In this document: positions 19,124-34,211 of the stretch, one piece after another
How positions within the stretch are numbered: the first letter of the stretch is position 1
Layout: every line of letters starts with the position of its first letter
Source of the DNA: Dictyostelium discoideum
Lineage: Eukaryota
Reading direction: 5' to 3'
Assembly: GCA_000004695.1 (NCBI GenBank)
Contig: CM000151.3
Coordinates: 8,420,198 to 8,484,197 of the forward strand
Length of the DNA: 64,000 bases
Translations under genes and position numbers: made by a program
Notes under the pieces: generated by a model
Seen by the model: only the letters and a program-made list of their open reading frames with translations
Database searches by the model: none
Told to the model about the DNA's origin: nothing

Positions 19124-19152
19124 TAAAAATTTTTCAAATTAATACACCAAGA

Positions 19153-19196
<44 letters not shown>

Positions 19197-19724
19197 AACA
19201 AAAATATAATAAAAATTTCGATTATTAGTTTGTTTTATTTTCCATTGGTTCAATGCCCAAGAAAAAAAATAATAATAATAAAAAAACAATCAAATATAAA
19301 TCAGGTTCATTCTCATTTGTTGGGTTATTACTTCTCAAATTTAACAGTTCAATTTTTTTTTTAATTGGATTTTATTTACAAAAACTGGGTTTATTAATTT
19401 ATTTTTTTTTTTTAAAAATATCTTAAAAAAAAAAAAAAAATAAAGGATAATTATTAATTTGTAGTAGGATTAAATCTCTTTAATTTTTTTTTTTTTTTTT
19501 TATTTAATTTCTTTGAAAGTTGGAGTGCATTTTTTAAAAAAAAAATCTTTAACCCAATTTTTTTATCCAATCAAAAATTTAATAAATATCTATTTTTATT
19601 TTTTTTGATTTAAATTTTTATTTTTATTTTTTGGATTTAAGAATTTTTTTTTTTTAAGTTTTTTTTTTTTTTAAAAAAACCAAATAATATTAAAAAGAGA
19701 AAAAAAAAAAAATTAATAATAAAT

Positions 19725-19895
19725 ATGTCAGGTGGTAGTGTGTATTTACCACCCAATTCTGATGAAGAATCAGATAAAAATGATAAAAATAATAAAGGTA
19801 ATAATAAAATTAATAATAAATCGAATGGAAATAATAGTATAAATAATAATAATAAAAATAATAATAATAAAAATAATTATAATAATAATTATAGA

Positions 19896-19928
<33 letters not shown>

Positions 19929-19935
19929 TATAGAG

Positions 19936-20032
<97 letters not shown>

Positions 20033-20058
20033 TAATAATAATAATAATAATAATAATG

Positions 20059-20134
<76 letters not shown>

Positions 20135-21630
20135 TAATAATAATAATAATAATAATAATGATAATAATAATAATAATAATGAAAATAAAAATAAATATAA
20201 AAATAATTATAATAATAATAATAAAAATAATAATAATCAAGGAAAGGTTGAAACCTTGAATGGTTTTTTAAGAGAGCATGGTTTAACTAGTCAACAATTG
20301 AAGAATTTGATTTCAGCTGATGATAAATATTTGAAATATAATACAAATTCAATAGAAATGCATTACACCTTATTACTTACCTCATGGCATAGATGTGAAG
20401 AAAGGAAAGTTACAATTAAAATCAGCTCATACCATGATGTAAAACAAATTCAATATCATAATGATGGAAAACTTGATTTAAAAAAATCAATTCAAGTTAT
20501 ACCAGGTATGTAAAAAAAAACATGTATTATATATTAAAAAAACAATTAAATTTTATTAATTGAAATAAATCAATATAGGAATTAAATTCTGCACTGAACC
20601 CCAAATATATACCAATGTTTTTAAAATACATCTTCCTTATCCTTCATTTTTGGAAAAAAAAAAAGATTTACATTATTTTATGATTTTTGAAATTGAAGAG
20701 GAGGCTAATGGAACAAATATCCCTATGGGTCGTAGTTGGTCCAAATCATTTTATCCAATTAAAATTAAATTAAAAGAAGATGAAAAGGAAAGTGAAAAAA
20801 TATTAGATCTTAATTCAATTGTTAATTCCATGAATTCTTTTTCAGATAAGTACACCAATACAGAGAATATAAATTTATTTGAAGATTTTAATGGATTAAA
20901 AATCAAAATGAATGATATTAAAAATTCATTTGCAAATTTGGAAAAAAAGGATGAAAATGATGAAAAAAATGATGAAGATAATGAATATAAGGAACAATAT
21001 TTATGTGAAATTGGTAATGTTTATGAAAAAAGAAAGTTTCAACCCAAACAAACCACATCATCAGCAAAAATAAACGCACCAGGTACTGTTCTATCAATAA
21101 AGGAACAATACTCCAATTTGATAATTCGTGTTGGATGGGGTCAAGAAAATGATAAAGCTTTGTTTCAAGTCAATTATCATAATTTAAATTTTGAATTAAA
21201 AGAAGATCCAAATTTTGAATTAATAAATTTAAAAAATTTAAAATATGAAAAGGAAAATCAAAAAAAAGGATTAGTCGCAAAAAATCAAAAAAATAATAAA
21301 ATAGAAAATTCATTGAAAATTTCAAAAGGAAAATTATTGCAAGAAGAAATAGAAAAAATAAAAAATGATATCGAATCAATTGACAAATTCATTAGTGAAA
21401 TTGAATCAAAAATTGAAAATCAGGACCAATACACCACAGAGGAGAAGATGGAAAAAAACTTTGAAAAGAAATGGAAAGAGTATAATAGTACCTTTATCAA
21501 AATTAAATCAGAGATTTCAAAATTAAAGATTTTATCTTATGTTGACTTTCAAAAATCATTTAAAGATATTCTAAAGAATAATTTCCCAGAGAATTTTATT
21601 AATACCAGATTTGATGCATATTGCTATTAA
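19725..21630 (+). CDS. Hypothetical protein (poly-Asn N-terminus, coiled-coil C-terminus)
   Basis: Exon 1 is 19725..20505 (phase 1, donor GTATGT at 20506) and exon 2 is 20579..21630 (acceptor tatag, phase 1). The junction codon G is reconstituted from g|ga. Joined sequence reads ...IQVIPG|IKFCTEPQIYTNVF...EKKKDLHYFMIFEIEEE...; the C-terminal half is K/E-rich coiled coil. No family assignment. Confidence 0.5.
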
Positions 21631-21733
21631 AAAGGGGTTAATAATAAAATAACAAATAATAGAAAATCAATTATGTAATTATTTCTTATAAATTTTCAAA
21701 TTCAAAGTTATAGTTAATCCAATCCAATCCAAT

Positions 21734-21777
<44 letters not shown>

Positions 21778-22122
21778 TATAAAAGTTGATGGAAATGTTT
21801 CTTTCTCAATCAATTAAATGCTTCTTTAGAACCTTTTGATTCTAAATTTGCTTATTATCAAAAAAACAATAAAAAATTGGTTTTAAAAATATATCGGAAA
21901 TAATTGAAAAAGAAAAAAAAGTGACGCTTTAAAATTTGAGTAAAAAACGGTTATGAAAAAAAATCTTTTATTTTTTTTTTTTGAATTTTCGTCACCAATT
22001 ACCAAACGACGTTTTTGTTTTTTTTTTATATTTAAGTGGTATCGAAAAAAAAAAAAAAAAACAAAAAAAAAACCATCAAAACATTAAAAAAGTTCATTTA
22101 AACAGAAAGAAATAATAAAAAA

Positions 22123-22522
22123 ATGAAATTATTAAACTCACTAATTTTATTAGTTTTAACTTGTTTGGTATCGTCAATCAATACTCAATTCATTTCCATT
22201 CAAAAGTATGATTTTAGTGGAAATTGTAAAAATAGCTCAGATTCAGCAAGTAGTTTTGAAGCATCAAGCGAATCAGCAGCAATTTGTATGCAAAATGATT
22301 TATTATCTGGTATAGTTACAAATGAGGGTGTTTGCTTAATATTTAATGAAGTTCCAACTACATTCATTATATCAACAAAAGGTGATTACATTGTTCGTTC
22401 AATTTATGATATAAACGATAATAATTGTCAAGGTAATTATTTTATTTTTTACTTTTTTATTTTATTTCTATTATTGACTACTGATTTTGTAGGTGGCAGT
22501 GAGGCAAATACTAATAATAAAA

Positions 22523-22594
<72 letters not shown>

Positions 22595-22996
22595 TTTACC
22601 ACAGGTGGTATTATTGAAAATAAAGCAATTGAAATTGATGAATGTTTTGTTGAGTGTGCTGATGATTACCATGGAAGTACATATTTATTTTCAACTGAAA
22701 CATCTTTAAATTACCCATCTAATACCTTCATGGAAATATCTTACAATGGTGAATGTGATGGACAATGGAAAACTAGTTTCAATTATCTTCAATATTACAT
22801 TGTAAATAAATGTAATGTTGCACATGAAATTGAAACTCATACCTTTTCTGTAGGTTGTAATAGTACTTCTTCTTGGGTTAGTGAATACGCTGGTGAAGTT
22901 TGTACCGTTGAACCAACTGTTACCACATCTTATCCAATAGTTGATAATTGTGGAGATTTAGATAATTCCAACTTTATTGATTATTGTAACATTTAA
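22123..22996 (+). CDS. Secreted Cys-rich protein, tandem paralog 1 of 3
   Basis: Exon 1 is 22123..22432 and exon 2 is 22605..22996; the phase-1 junction reconstitutes CQ-G-GIIENK. Signal peptide MKLLNSLILLVLTCLVSSINTQ. About 12 Cys at conserved spacing. The intron ends with a (TTA)n run then ttttaccacag. Confidence 0.7.
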
Positions 22997-23294
22997 ATTA
23001 TTAAAGTCTTTTAAAAATAAAAATTGTTGGTTAATTATTTTTTTTTAATTTTTTTTTTTTTTTTATTATTATTAACCAAAAAAATATATAGTGTTCCAAA
23101 TTTTTACATTCTTTATTTTTTTTTATTTTTTTTTTGGGGTTTAATTAAAAAAAAAATAACTCAAAATTTTAAGTGAAAATGTTAAAAAAAAAAAATATCT
23201 CTTTTTTTTAATTTTTTAGTTTTGTCAAAAAAAAAAAAAAACCATCAAAACATTAAAAAAGTTGATTTAAAAAAAAGAAAGAAATAATAAAAAA

Positions 23295-23731
23295 ATGAAA
23301 TTATTAAACTCACTAATTTTATTAGTTTTAACTTGTTTGGTATCGTCAATCAATACTCAATTCATTTCCATTCAAAAGTATGATTTTAGTGGAAATTGTA
23401 AAAATAGTTCAGATTCAGCAAGTAGTTTTGAAGCATCAAGCGAATCAGCAGCAATTTGTATGCAAAATGATTTATTATCTGGTATAGTTACAAATGAGGG
23501 TGTTTGCTTAATATTTAATGAAATCCCAACTACATTCCTTATATCATCAAATGGTGATTACGTTGTTAGTACAATTTATGATAAAGACGATCTTAATTGT
23601 CAAGGTAATTATTTTATTTTTTTATTTTTTTAATATTTTATTCCTATAATTAATTGACTACTGATTTTGTTGGTGAAGTTGTGCAAATACTTATAGTATA
23701 TATTTTATATTTTTAAATTTATTAATAAATA

Positions 23732-23791
<60 letters not shown>

Positions 23792-24192
23792 TTACCACAG
23801 GTAATATTATTGGAAATAGAGCAATTAAAATTGGTGAATGTTTTGTTGAGTGTGCTGATGATTACCACGGAAGTACATATTTATTTTCAACTGAAACATC
23901 TTTCAATTACCCATCTAATACCTACATTGAAATATCTTACAATGGCGAATGTGATGGACAATGGAAAACTGGTTTTAACTATCTTCAATATTACATTGTC
24001 AATAAATGTAATGTTGCACATGAAATTGAAACTCATACCTTTTCTGTAGGTTGTAATAGTACTTCTTCTTGGGTTAGTGAATACGCTGGTGAAATTTGTA
24101 CCGTTCGACCAAGTATTACTTATACTAACCAAATCGGTGATAATTGTGGTGGTTTTAATAGTGCCAACTTTATTGATTATTGTAACATTTAA
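23295..24192 (+). CDS. Secreted Cys-rich protein, tandem paralog 2 of 3
   Basis: Exon 1 is 23295..23604 and exon 2 is 23801..24192. Exon 1 and ~60 bp of 5' flank are nearly identical to paralog 1. Exon 2 diverges at the C-terminus (RPSITYTNQIGDNCGGFNSANFIDYCNI). Confidence 0.7.
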
Positions 24193-24243
24193 ATTATTAA
24201 AGTTTCAAAAATAAAATAAAATTATTGGTTTGTACTTTCTTTG

Positions 24244-24298
<55 letters not shown>

Positions 24299-24578
24299 CT
24301 GAAAATCCTATTCTACAACACAAAGCATGCTTTGCTTTGAATTAAAAAGTAATTGAATTTTATAATTATTTTTTTAAAAAAAAAATATATATAAATTTCT
24401 CGAACATGTCATAAATAAATTCTAGAAAAATTAAATGATATTTTGAGATTTTTTAAATTTTTATAAAAACATTTAGATATTTTTTATAATGATATCACTT
24501 TAAAACAAATTTTCATTTTTTTTTAAAAAATGAATTGTAAAAGTCAATAAAATTTTTTTTTTTTTTTCTTCAACACAT

Positions 24579-24587
24579 AAAATAAAA

Positions 24588-24668
<81 letters not shown>

Positions 24669-24692
24669 AAATAAATAAATAAATAAATACAT
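24579..24692. repeat. (AAAT)n microsatellite, ~28 units
   Basis: Perfect aaat run between paralogs 2 and 3, directly upstream of the paralog 3 ATG. Confidence 0.9.
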
Positions 24693-24721
24693 AAAGAAAA
24701 AAAGAAAAAAAAAAAAAAAAA

Positions 24722-25569
24722 ATGAAATTATTATATTCATTAATTTTATTAGTACTAACATGTTTGATTTCATTAACTCAAACTCAATACATCTCCATAC
24801 AAAATTATCAATTCAGTGGGAATTGTAATAGATTTATCAATGGTAGCAGTAGTGATTCAACAGAAACTTGTGTTCAAGATGATTTATTGTCTGGTCAAGT
24901 GACAAGTGAGGGTTTTTGTTTGATTTTTAATGAAGATATAAGCACATTAACAATATCACCAAATGGTAATTCAATTATTCAATCAATTTATTCACCAACT
25001 GATTATAATTGCCAAGGTAATTATTTTATTATATAATTTTTTTTTTTTTTTTTTTTTTTAATTTTTTTTGTGTTTTTTTTTCTATTTTAATTTTTTGTGT
25101 TCTATTTTTAGTTTTGAATAATTATTTTTATTATTTTTTATTTATTTTTTTATTTAATTATATTATTATTATAGGTGGTATTATTAAAGAGAAAGAACAT
25201 GAAATTGGTGAATGTTTTTCTCATTGTGTTGATGAAAACCATGGAAAAGTATATTCATTATCTACACAGTCATCAATTAGTTTCCCATCGAATACTTTTG
25301 TTGAAGTGTTTTATTCTGGTGAATGCAATGGGGATTGGAAAAATAATTTCAATTATCTTGATTATTTTGTGATTAATAAATGTAATATTGCATATGCTTT
25401 TGAAAGTCTTACCTATACTTTCAATTGTAATAGTACTTCTTCCTGGATGAGTGAGTTCAATGATGAAAATTGCACCGTTAAACCAGCTGGTATTCAAGTT
25501 GATCCTTTAGCAAATAGTTGTAGTAATGCATCCAATAATAAAAACCATTTAGATATTTGTAATGTTTAA
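24722..25569 (+). CDS. Secreted Cys-rich protein, tandem paralog 3 of 3 (more divergent)
   Basis: Exon 1 is 24722..25016 and exon 2 is 25175..25569, with the same phase-1 intron position after CQG. Signal peptide MKLLYSLILLVLTCLISLTQTQ. The Cys framework is conserved (ECF.HC...GEC.G.WK...NKCN.A...C.V). Confidence 0.7.
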
Positions 25570-25722
25570 ATCCAAAAATATCTTTTTTTTTTTTTTTTTT
25601 TTTTATTTTTTTTTTATTTTTAATTTTTAATTTTCTTTTTTCCATTTTTTTAATTTTTTTTCATTTTGTTTTTTTTTTTTATTTTTAACTTCAGTTTAAT
25701 TTATTAATAGGGCACAATAAGA

Positions 25723-25890
25723 ATGTCTATCTTTGGTAATAAATCATGGGTAGAAATAACAGAAGAAGATGAAGAGATACAAGCATCACCTCAACTATCA
25801 AGTAATCAAGATGATGATAATATTAAAAAATTAGAAAGTTTAATAATCTCTGATACTACAAATAATAAAAATGAAAATAACAATAATAAT

Positions 25891-25963
<73 letters not shown>

Positions 25964-26830
25964 GTAATATTAATAAAAAAGCATCACCACTTAAAAAGAA
26001 TACAATGACACCAAGAACTTCAATTAAATCTAAATATTTAGCAAATAAATTAAATAAAAGATCAACAATTCAAATTCCAATTCAAAAGGGAGGTAGTACT
26101 ACTGCATCAAATAAAAAACAAAAAGAGAAAGCAAAAAAAGAAGAAGAGGAAGTTGAGGAGGAAGGTGAAGAGGAGGAAGAGGATGAATATGATGAATATG
26201 ATGAAGATAATGACGATTATGATGAGGAGGATCAAGAACAAGATTATGATGAAGATTATGATGAGGAAGAAGAAGAAGAAGAGGATACCTATCATACCCC
26301 TCAAAAAAGAGCAAATAATAGTAATAATAAATTCAACATTAATAGTAATAATAGATATGTACAACAACACCAACACCAACAACAACAACAACAAAATAAT
26401 TATAACAATAATAATCAAACCTCTTCACCTCAACAACATTATCGAACTAAAGAGGATATTTTCTTTAGAAAGAATTTACTTCCATCACCATCACCACCAC
26501 AACACCACCAACAACAACAACAACAACAACAAGGTAAATTTACAGGTAGAGATCTTAGAGATTTAATTAATGAAGAAAAGAAAAAAAATCCTCAAATTCA
26601 TCAACAGATGAAATCGCCTCAACATAATAATAACAATAATAGTAATAGTAGTACACCAACTAAAGGTGATTTAAGGGATTTAATTGAAAATGAAAAAAGA
26701 AAAACACCTACATCATCACCACAACAACAACAAAAACAACATCATCAAGAAGGTGAAGATACACCATCTTCTCTAATGTCTGCTAGATTCTCAAGATTTA
26801 ATTCACCATCATCATCACCACAACCACACC

Positions 26831-26888
<58 letters not shown>

Positions 26889-27117
26889 TAAACCACAACA
26901 AAGATCAAATTTATCAACACCAATAACAAAAAGAAGAGATATTGAAGATTTAACTCCTTATTCTTCACCAAATCCTTCAACACCAATTCAAAGAAATAAT
27001 AGTAATAACAATAGAAATTCACAAAATTCACCATCTATAACACCAACAAGAGGACCATTAAAATTTAATGTTGACTCACCTAAACAACCAATTGTTTTTA
27101 ATAATCAAAATAATCAA

Positions 27118-27200
<83 letters not shown>

Positions 27201-28134
27201 TGTAAAATTAACAAACGAATCAATTGATTTAAATAGTGTAAAACCAATTATTGGAACATGTAAAGATTATGAAAAATCATATCTTAGATTAACAGGACCA
27301 GCTGATCCAGCAAAAATTAGATCCATTGAGATTTTAGAAACTTGGTTTCCAAAATTGATTAGGAAATATCAAAATAATAAAAATTTCAATTATGCATTGG
27401 ATCAATTAAAATCCATTAGACAAGATTTAATGGTACAACATATAAGAAATAAATTCACTGTCAATGTTTATGAGGCAAATGCAAAAATATGTTTAGAGAA
27501 TTCAGATTTCATTGAATTTGGTCAATGTTTATCACAAATTAAAGAATTATATCATTCAATTTCTGATCAATCTTGTTTAGAAAATAAATTTGAATTTATA
27601 TCTTATGATTTATTATTTAATTTAATTTTTATTAAAGATAATGGTAAATAATAAAATTATTATTATTCAGAAAAAAAAAAAAAAAAAAAAAAAAAATTTA
27701 CTAATATTAATTATTATTATTTAAATTTAGAATTAGAATTAATATCATTATTACCAAAAATTTTAAATGATGAAAGTTTTTATTCAAATGAAAATATTAA
27801 ACATACATTTGAAATTATTAAATCAGTTTTGGAAAATAATTATTGTAAATTTAATAAATTATATTTAACGTGTTATAATATGGAAAAATACCTTTTGGAA
27901 AAGATTTTAAATGATAGATTTAGAGTCTATTCTATAAATGCAATGATAAAATCCTATAAACCATCCATTCATTTAAATTTATTGGAAAAACAATTATCTT
28001 TTTCAAACCAAGAACAGCTATTAAAATTTTTGGATTCAAATTACCCAAATAATATAATTGATATAGAAAAACAAGAATTAATTTGTTCAACAAAAAAAGA
28101 AATAAAAAAAAAAAACAAAAAAAAAAATAATTAA
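25723..28134 (+). CDS. SAC3/GANP-domain protein (LENG8/SAC3D1-like)
   Basis: Exon 1 is 25723..27643 (donor GTAAAT, phase 1) and exon 2 is 27731..28134 (acceptor tttag). The N-terminus has acidic D/E/Y tracts and poly-Q/N. The SAC3/GANP core is IIGTCKDYEKSYLRLTGPADPAKIRS...DQLKSIRQDLMVQHIRNKFTVNVYEANAKICLENSDFIEFGQCLSQIKELY, continuing into exon 2. Confidence 0.7.
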
Positions 28135-28378
28135 AAAATTAAATAATTAAAATAAAATATAAATAACTTTAAAAATTGATTTTAAGAAAAGAAAAAAATA
28201 TGTATTAACGTTAATATATATAGTTATAATTCATTTTTTAACAAATTATAACTAAAAAAAAACAACGACATACCATTTAATTTTTAAAAAAAAAAAACAT
28301 ATGAGCGAATATTATCAAAGACCAATAGATATAAATAATTTCGAATACTGAATTTATTTTTTTTTATTTTTTATTTTT

Positions 28379-30238
28379 TTAATGAGTTTTTGGAATTACT
28401 TTTGAAACTTTTTCAATTAAAAGTTTGACAACTTCAGGTTCAGCTAAAGTTGAAATATCACCTAATTGTTCAGCAGAAGATTCATGACAACCAATTTTTC
28501 TAAGAATTCTTCTCATAATTTTACCACTACGAGTTTTTGGAAGTGAAGGTGTTATAACAATTACATCAGGTGTTGCAAATGGACCAATTACATTTCTAAC
28601 TTCTTTTTTTAACATCATAATAACATTTGATTCATCCTCTTGATAACCTTCTTTGAGTGTACAAAATGCTAAAATACCTTGACCTTTGATATCATGAGGA
28701 TAACCAACAACGGCAGCCTCTGCACAAATTGAACAACCAACGAGGGCACTCTCTAATTCAGCAGTACCTAATCTATGACCACTAACATTGATAACATCAT
28801 CTACTCTACCTTCGATCCAATAATAACCATCAGAGTCAAGTTTTACACCATCACCAGTGAAATAGTGACCTTTATATTGAGTCATATAAGTTTGAAGATA
28901 ACGACCATGAGAACGATAAACTGAACGAGCAATACCTGGCCAAGGTTTAGAGATTGCCAATACACCAGAAATTTCTTTACAACCATTGATATCGGGATTA
29001 ATATATAAACGTTCACCAGTTTTTGAGTCTAAAACTTGTAATTCTATACCAAAGAAAGGTTTAGTTGCTGAACCAGGTTTAGTTGAAGTAACACCAGGTA
29101 ATGGAGTAATTAAATGACCACCACTTTCAGTTTGCCAATAGGTATCAACGATTGCACAACGACCTTCACCAACGTTTGTATTGAACCATCTCCAGGCTTC
29201 AGGATTAATTGGTTCACCGACTGAACCTAAAACTCTAAGGGATGATTTATCGGATTGTTGAGTAAATGATATTGGGAATTTCATTAGTGAACGAATTGCA
29301 GTTGGTGCTGTATAGAATTGAGTGATTTTATGACGTTGTACCATTTCCCAATAACGTGCTGGAGTTGGATAAAGAGGAGTACCCTCAAAGATAAAAGTTG
29401 TTGCACCATTTGCCAATGGACCATAAACGATATAACTATGACCTGTAATCCAACCAACATCAGCCATACAAGCATAAACATCGGAATCGTGATAATCGAA
29501 AACATAACGATGAGTCATTGCGGCGTATAGTAGATAACCAGCCTGAGTATGTACTAAACCCTTTGGTGTACCAGTGCTACCACTTGTGTAAAGGATAAAT
29601 AAGGGATCTTCTGAATCTAACCAAACTGGTGGACAATATGGACGATGATCCAACATTGCTTCATCTGCCCAAATATCAATTGATGGATTAAATGTAATTG
29701 TTGGTCTACCTGTATTTTTAAAAACAAGTACATGTTGTACCAATTTGCAATGTTGAACAACTTGATCAATCTTTTCTTTTAGTGGTATATATCTACCACC
29801 TCTTAAACCTTCATCAGCCGTTATGATCACTCTACATTTTGCATCATGAACACGTGAAACAATGGATTCATAACCAAATCCTGCAAAAATAACTGAATGA
29901 ATTGCTCCAATTCTAGCGCATGCTAACATTGAATAAATGGCGGTTGGTGTGTTTGGTAGATAGATCGCTACCGTATCTCCTTTACCAACGCCAAGTGATA
30001 TCAAAAGATTTGATAATCTACAAACCTCTTCAAACATCTCTCTATATGTAACTTTTTTAACCATTGTTTCTTCATCACCTTCAAATAGTATTGCAACTTT
30101 ATCTGCATTCTCTTTTAAATGTCTATCGATACAATTATATGAAACATTAATTTTACCATTTAAAAACCATGAAATATCACCTTTTTCGAATGATCTAAAA
30201 TAATTATTAAAAAATAATTGAAAATTAAAAAAATTTTT

Positions 30239-30276
<38 letters not shown>

Positions 30277-30505
30277 CTTTTAATAATTACCCATGTTGAA
30301 CAGTTGTATAATCAGAAAACCAAGTTAAAAATTCTTTAGCTTTTTTATCCCAAAATTGATTTGGTGATTCAATACTTTCTTTATACATTTCATTATATTG
30401 TTCTACTGATGATATATGACATTTTGTACTAAAAGAAGGTGGTGGATATAGTAATTTTTGTTGTTCTTCTTGTACTGTTTCTTTTTCTGTAATTTGCATG
30501 TTCAA
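28379..30505 (-). CDS. acsA: Acetyl-CoA synthetase (AMP-forming)
   Basis: Exon 1 is 30291..30505 (phase 2, donor GTAATT) and exon 2 is 28379..30194 (acceptor ttttag). AMP-binding signature YTSGSTGTPKGLVHT. The ACS-specific stretch WITGHSYIVYGPLANGATTFIFEGTPLYP and ...PKTRSGKIMRRILRKI are both present. The exon 1 N-terminus ...YNEMYKESIESPNQFWDKKAKEFLTWF is conserved in ACS. Confidence 0.9.
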
Positions 30506-31717
30506 CTATCTTAATTTTGAGAAAATTAAAAAGTTTTTTTTTTTTTTATATAAAAACAAAAATTAAAAAATTAATAAAATGAGATTGAAATTAAAAACCC
30601 AAGATTTTTTTTTTGAAAAAATTAAAAAAAATAAAAAAAAATAAAAAAAAAATAAATAATAAAAAATGTTTAATATTTCCCAACCTATCGGCCTGGTAAT
30701 TTCAAAAAAAAAAAATTAATTGAAGGTAATAAAATAAATTTTACAAAATGAAATAATTCAAAAAAAAAAAAAAAAAATTAATGTTTATTAATAGTATAAA
30801 TTATTTTAGTTATTCTTTTGTCTCCTATATATATATACAAAAGAAACAATTGGTGATGGAATCAAATATATGGTAGAATCGAAGAAAAAAAAAAAAAAAA
30901 ACAGTTTGTTTAAAATATTAAATTTTTTTTTTCTTTTTTTTTTTTTTTCTTTTCAAACCCATTTGTAAAAAAAAAAAGTAATAATTAGTAAATAAATTAA
31001 AATCCCAATTCAACAAAAATTAATAAAATAAATCCCTAGGATTTATTGAAATATTTCCAAAAATAAAATTAAAATAAAATAAAATGATTGCTTATATTAT
31101 TACTATTTTTTTTTTTTTTTCTTTTTTTCTTATTACTTTTTATCTTTTTTTACCTTTTTTCTTATATGTCTTATCTTTTTAAAAATATAAAAATTAAAAA
31201 ATAAAAATAATAATAAAAAAGATAATTTAAATATATTTTCCGATAATTACTTTATTGTATATTTATTTTTTCACTATTCCCTTGAATGAAAAAAAATCCA
31301 TAAAAAAATTAATTCACTAGTTTTTTAATTTCTTTAATTTAACAATAATATTATTCAATATTAATATTATAAATTGTCTTAAATAAAATTTTTTATTTAA
31401 TGTTTCAAATATATTAAATATTTTGTTGTAATTAAATTTTTAAAAATTGAAAAAAAAAAAAAAAAACATTATTTTATAGATTATCTATTAATTTCTAAAA
31501 ATAAAAATAAAGATAGTTCAAAACATAATATTCAACTATCATTATTTAAGTGTTTGATTTTCTTTTTTTATTTTATTTTTATTTTTATTTTTATTTTTAC
31601 TTTATTTTTTTTAATTTTTATTTTATTTTTATTTTTTTTTATTTTTTTTTATTTTTTTTTTTTTTTTACTGTATCCCAAGTATTTTATTTTTTATTTACA
31701 TTTTTTCAGTTTAAAAA

Positions 31718-32254
31718 ATGAGTGATGACGAAGACGATATTAATTTATATATAACAAGGTCAAAAAATAATGAAAACAAAAAAACTAATAAAAATAGACT
31801 TATAGATAATAATATACAGAAAACAAAAACAACAACAGCAGTATTAACAACAAGAACAACAACAACAACAACTACAACAACTGCTTCTACACAACTAAAA
31901 TGGGATTATGGCGATGAAGACGATGATGATTATTCAGCACCAAAAGATATAGATGAAGAGCAGTCAAGTAAACAATTTAATTATCAAAATAATCAAATTG
32001 TTGTCAAACAAGACCATGATGATTATTCAGCACCAAAAGATATGGATGAAGAGCAATCAAGTAGACAATTTAATTATCAAAATGACCAAACTCTTGTCAA
32101 ACAAGATGATGATCATGATGACTATAATGAACCAAAAGATATTGATTCACAATCATTAATCGATGAAGATTGTGATTTTGAATTTGACAATAGTGATTTC
32201 TTTTTTGATGACGGAACAACAAATAATAATGATAATAATAATAAAAATAATAAA

Positions 32255-32296
<42 letters not shown>

Positions 32297-34127
32297 TATA
32301 ATAATAATAATAATAAAAATTATAAAAGAAAATACTATCAAAGCTATAATAATAGTAATAATATTAATAATAATAATAATAATAATAATGATAAATTTGA
32401 AAAAAGGTTATCGGATTTAAAAAAGACAGGTAAAGAAGAAGCAAAGAAAAGAGGATATCAAGTACGAAAAACACCAACAAAAGAGAAAAAGATACCACCA
32501 TCATTTAAAGTTATTGATGGTACTAATTTTTTAGTTGATGGTTTTCAATATAAATCTGAAGATTTTACTCATTATTTTTTGTATTTATTTGATTTTTAAA
32601 TGAAAAAAAAAAAGAAAAAAAAAAAAAAAAAAGATAAAAATAAAAATTAATTAAATTAAAATTTAAAATTTAAAATTTAAAATTTAGGACACATTTTCAT
32701 TCAGATCATTATGTTGGTATTACAAAGACATGGTCATTTGGTAATATTTATTGCACAGAAGAAACAGGTAAATTAGTTTCACACAAGTTAGGAGTTGATC
32801 AACGTTATATTGTTAAATGTGAATGGAATAAATTAATAGAGATTCAAGGTGTTAAGGTTGCATTTTTAGATTCAAATCATTGTCCAGGTTCAGCATTAAT
32901 TCTTTTCATTATACCATTAAGAAATAAAGATGGTGAAATCATTGGCGAGGAGAGTATTTTACATACTGGTGATTTTAGATATAATCAATCAATGAATAAT
33001 TATCCATTATTAAAAGGTAGAACTATAAGTAAACTTTATTTAGATAATACTTATTGTGATCCACAATATGTTTTCCCACCACAACCTGAAATCATTAAAC
33101 AAGTTGCATCAATTGTTAGAAAAGAAAATGATGGTGAAACCTTATTCTTATTTGGTACTTATGTCATTGGAAAAGAGAGAATATTATTAGAGATTGCAAA
33201 ACAAGAGGGTAAACCAGTACATGTTTCAAATGAAAAATATGCAATACTCTGTTGTTTATCAACTTGTTTAGATATTAATAAATTCACTACAAATGAATTA
33301 ATTACACCATTTCGTGCTGTAACAATGTCAATGTTATCCTATCATAATATGCTATCATTATTAGATTCAAGTAATAATAAATATAAAAGAGTAATTGGTT
33401 TTCGTCCAACTGGTTGGACTCAAGCAAAGAAATCAATAACTTATCTCAATAGAGGTCCAACAACTTTTTATAGTGTAGCTTATAGTGAACATAGTTCTTT
33501 TAATGAATTAAGAGATTGTATTGATCATTTTAGACCAACTCAAATTATTCCAACTGTTGATTGTGATTCACCAATTAAAGTTAAAGTAAGTTTTTTTTTT
33601 TTTATATTTATATTTATATTTTTTTTTTAATTATATTTTAAAAATAATTTTAAATTATTATTTTAAATAATAAAAAAATATTATTTTTATTATTATTTAA
33701 TAATTAAATTATTAATTTTTCTTTTCCTTCATACAGAATATATTAGCACATTTTTCAGATTTATATGAAAAAAAGAAACAACTTACAATTGCTTCATTCT
33801 TTTCAGCACAGCCAGTTACGAATTTCTTTCAATCATTTTTTAAATCAAAATCAGAACCAATTATTGATGAAGATAATAAAAAATTAATACCAATTACCAC
33901 TACTACAACTACCAATATAAATACATTAACAGCTACAGATACAACTACAACAAAAATAAAAACATCAAATACACTCATTAAAGACGAATTTACTGATGAT
34001 TTAATATGGGATTGTTCTGATGATTTAATTAGTGATCGTAAATTGTTAACACAAAGTGATAATAGTTCAGCATTATGTAAAATTGAAAAAGAAGAAAATT
34101 TTAATGATTTATCTGAAAATAATAATA

Positions 34128-34211
<84 letters not shown>

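Noticed and set aside
23810-24049. ORF 23810..24049 (+) listed in the track inside paralog 2 exon 2
   Set aside because: It is the +1 frame of the real exon. The true frame (23801..24192) is open throughout and homologous to paralog 1, but lacks an internal start codon, so the ORF finder missed it.
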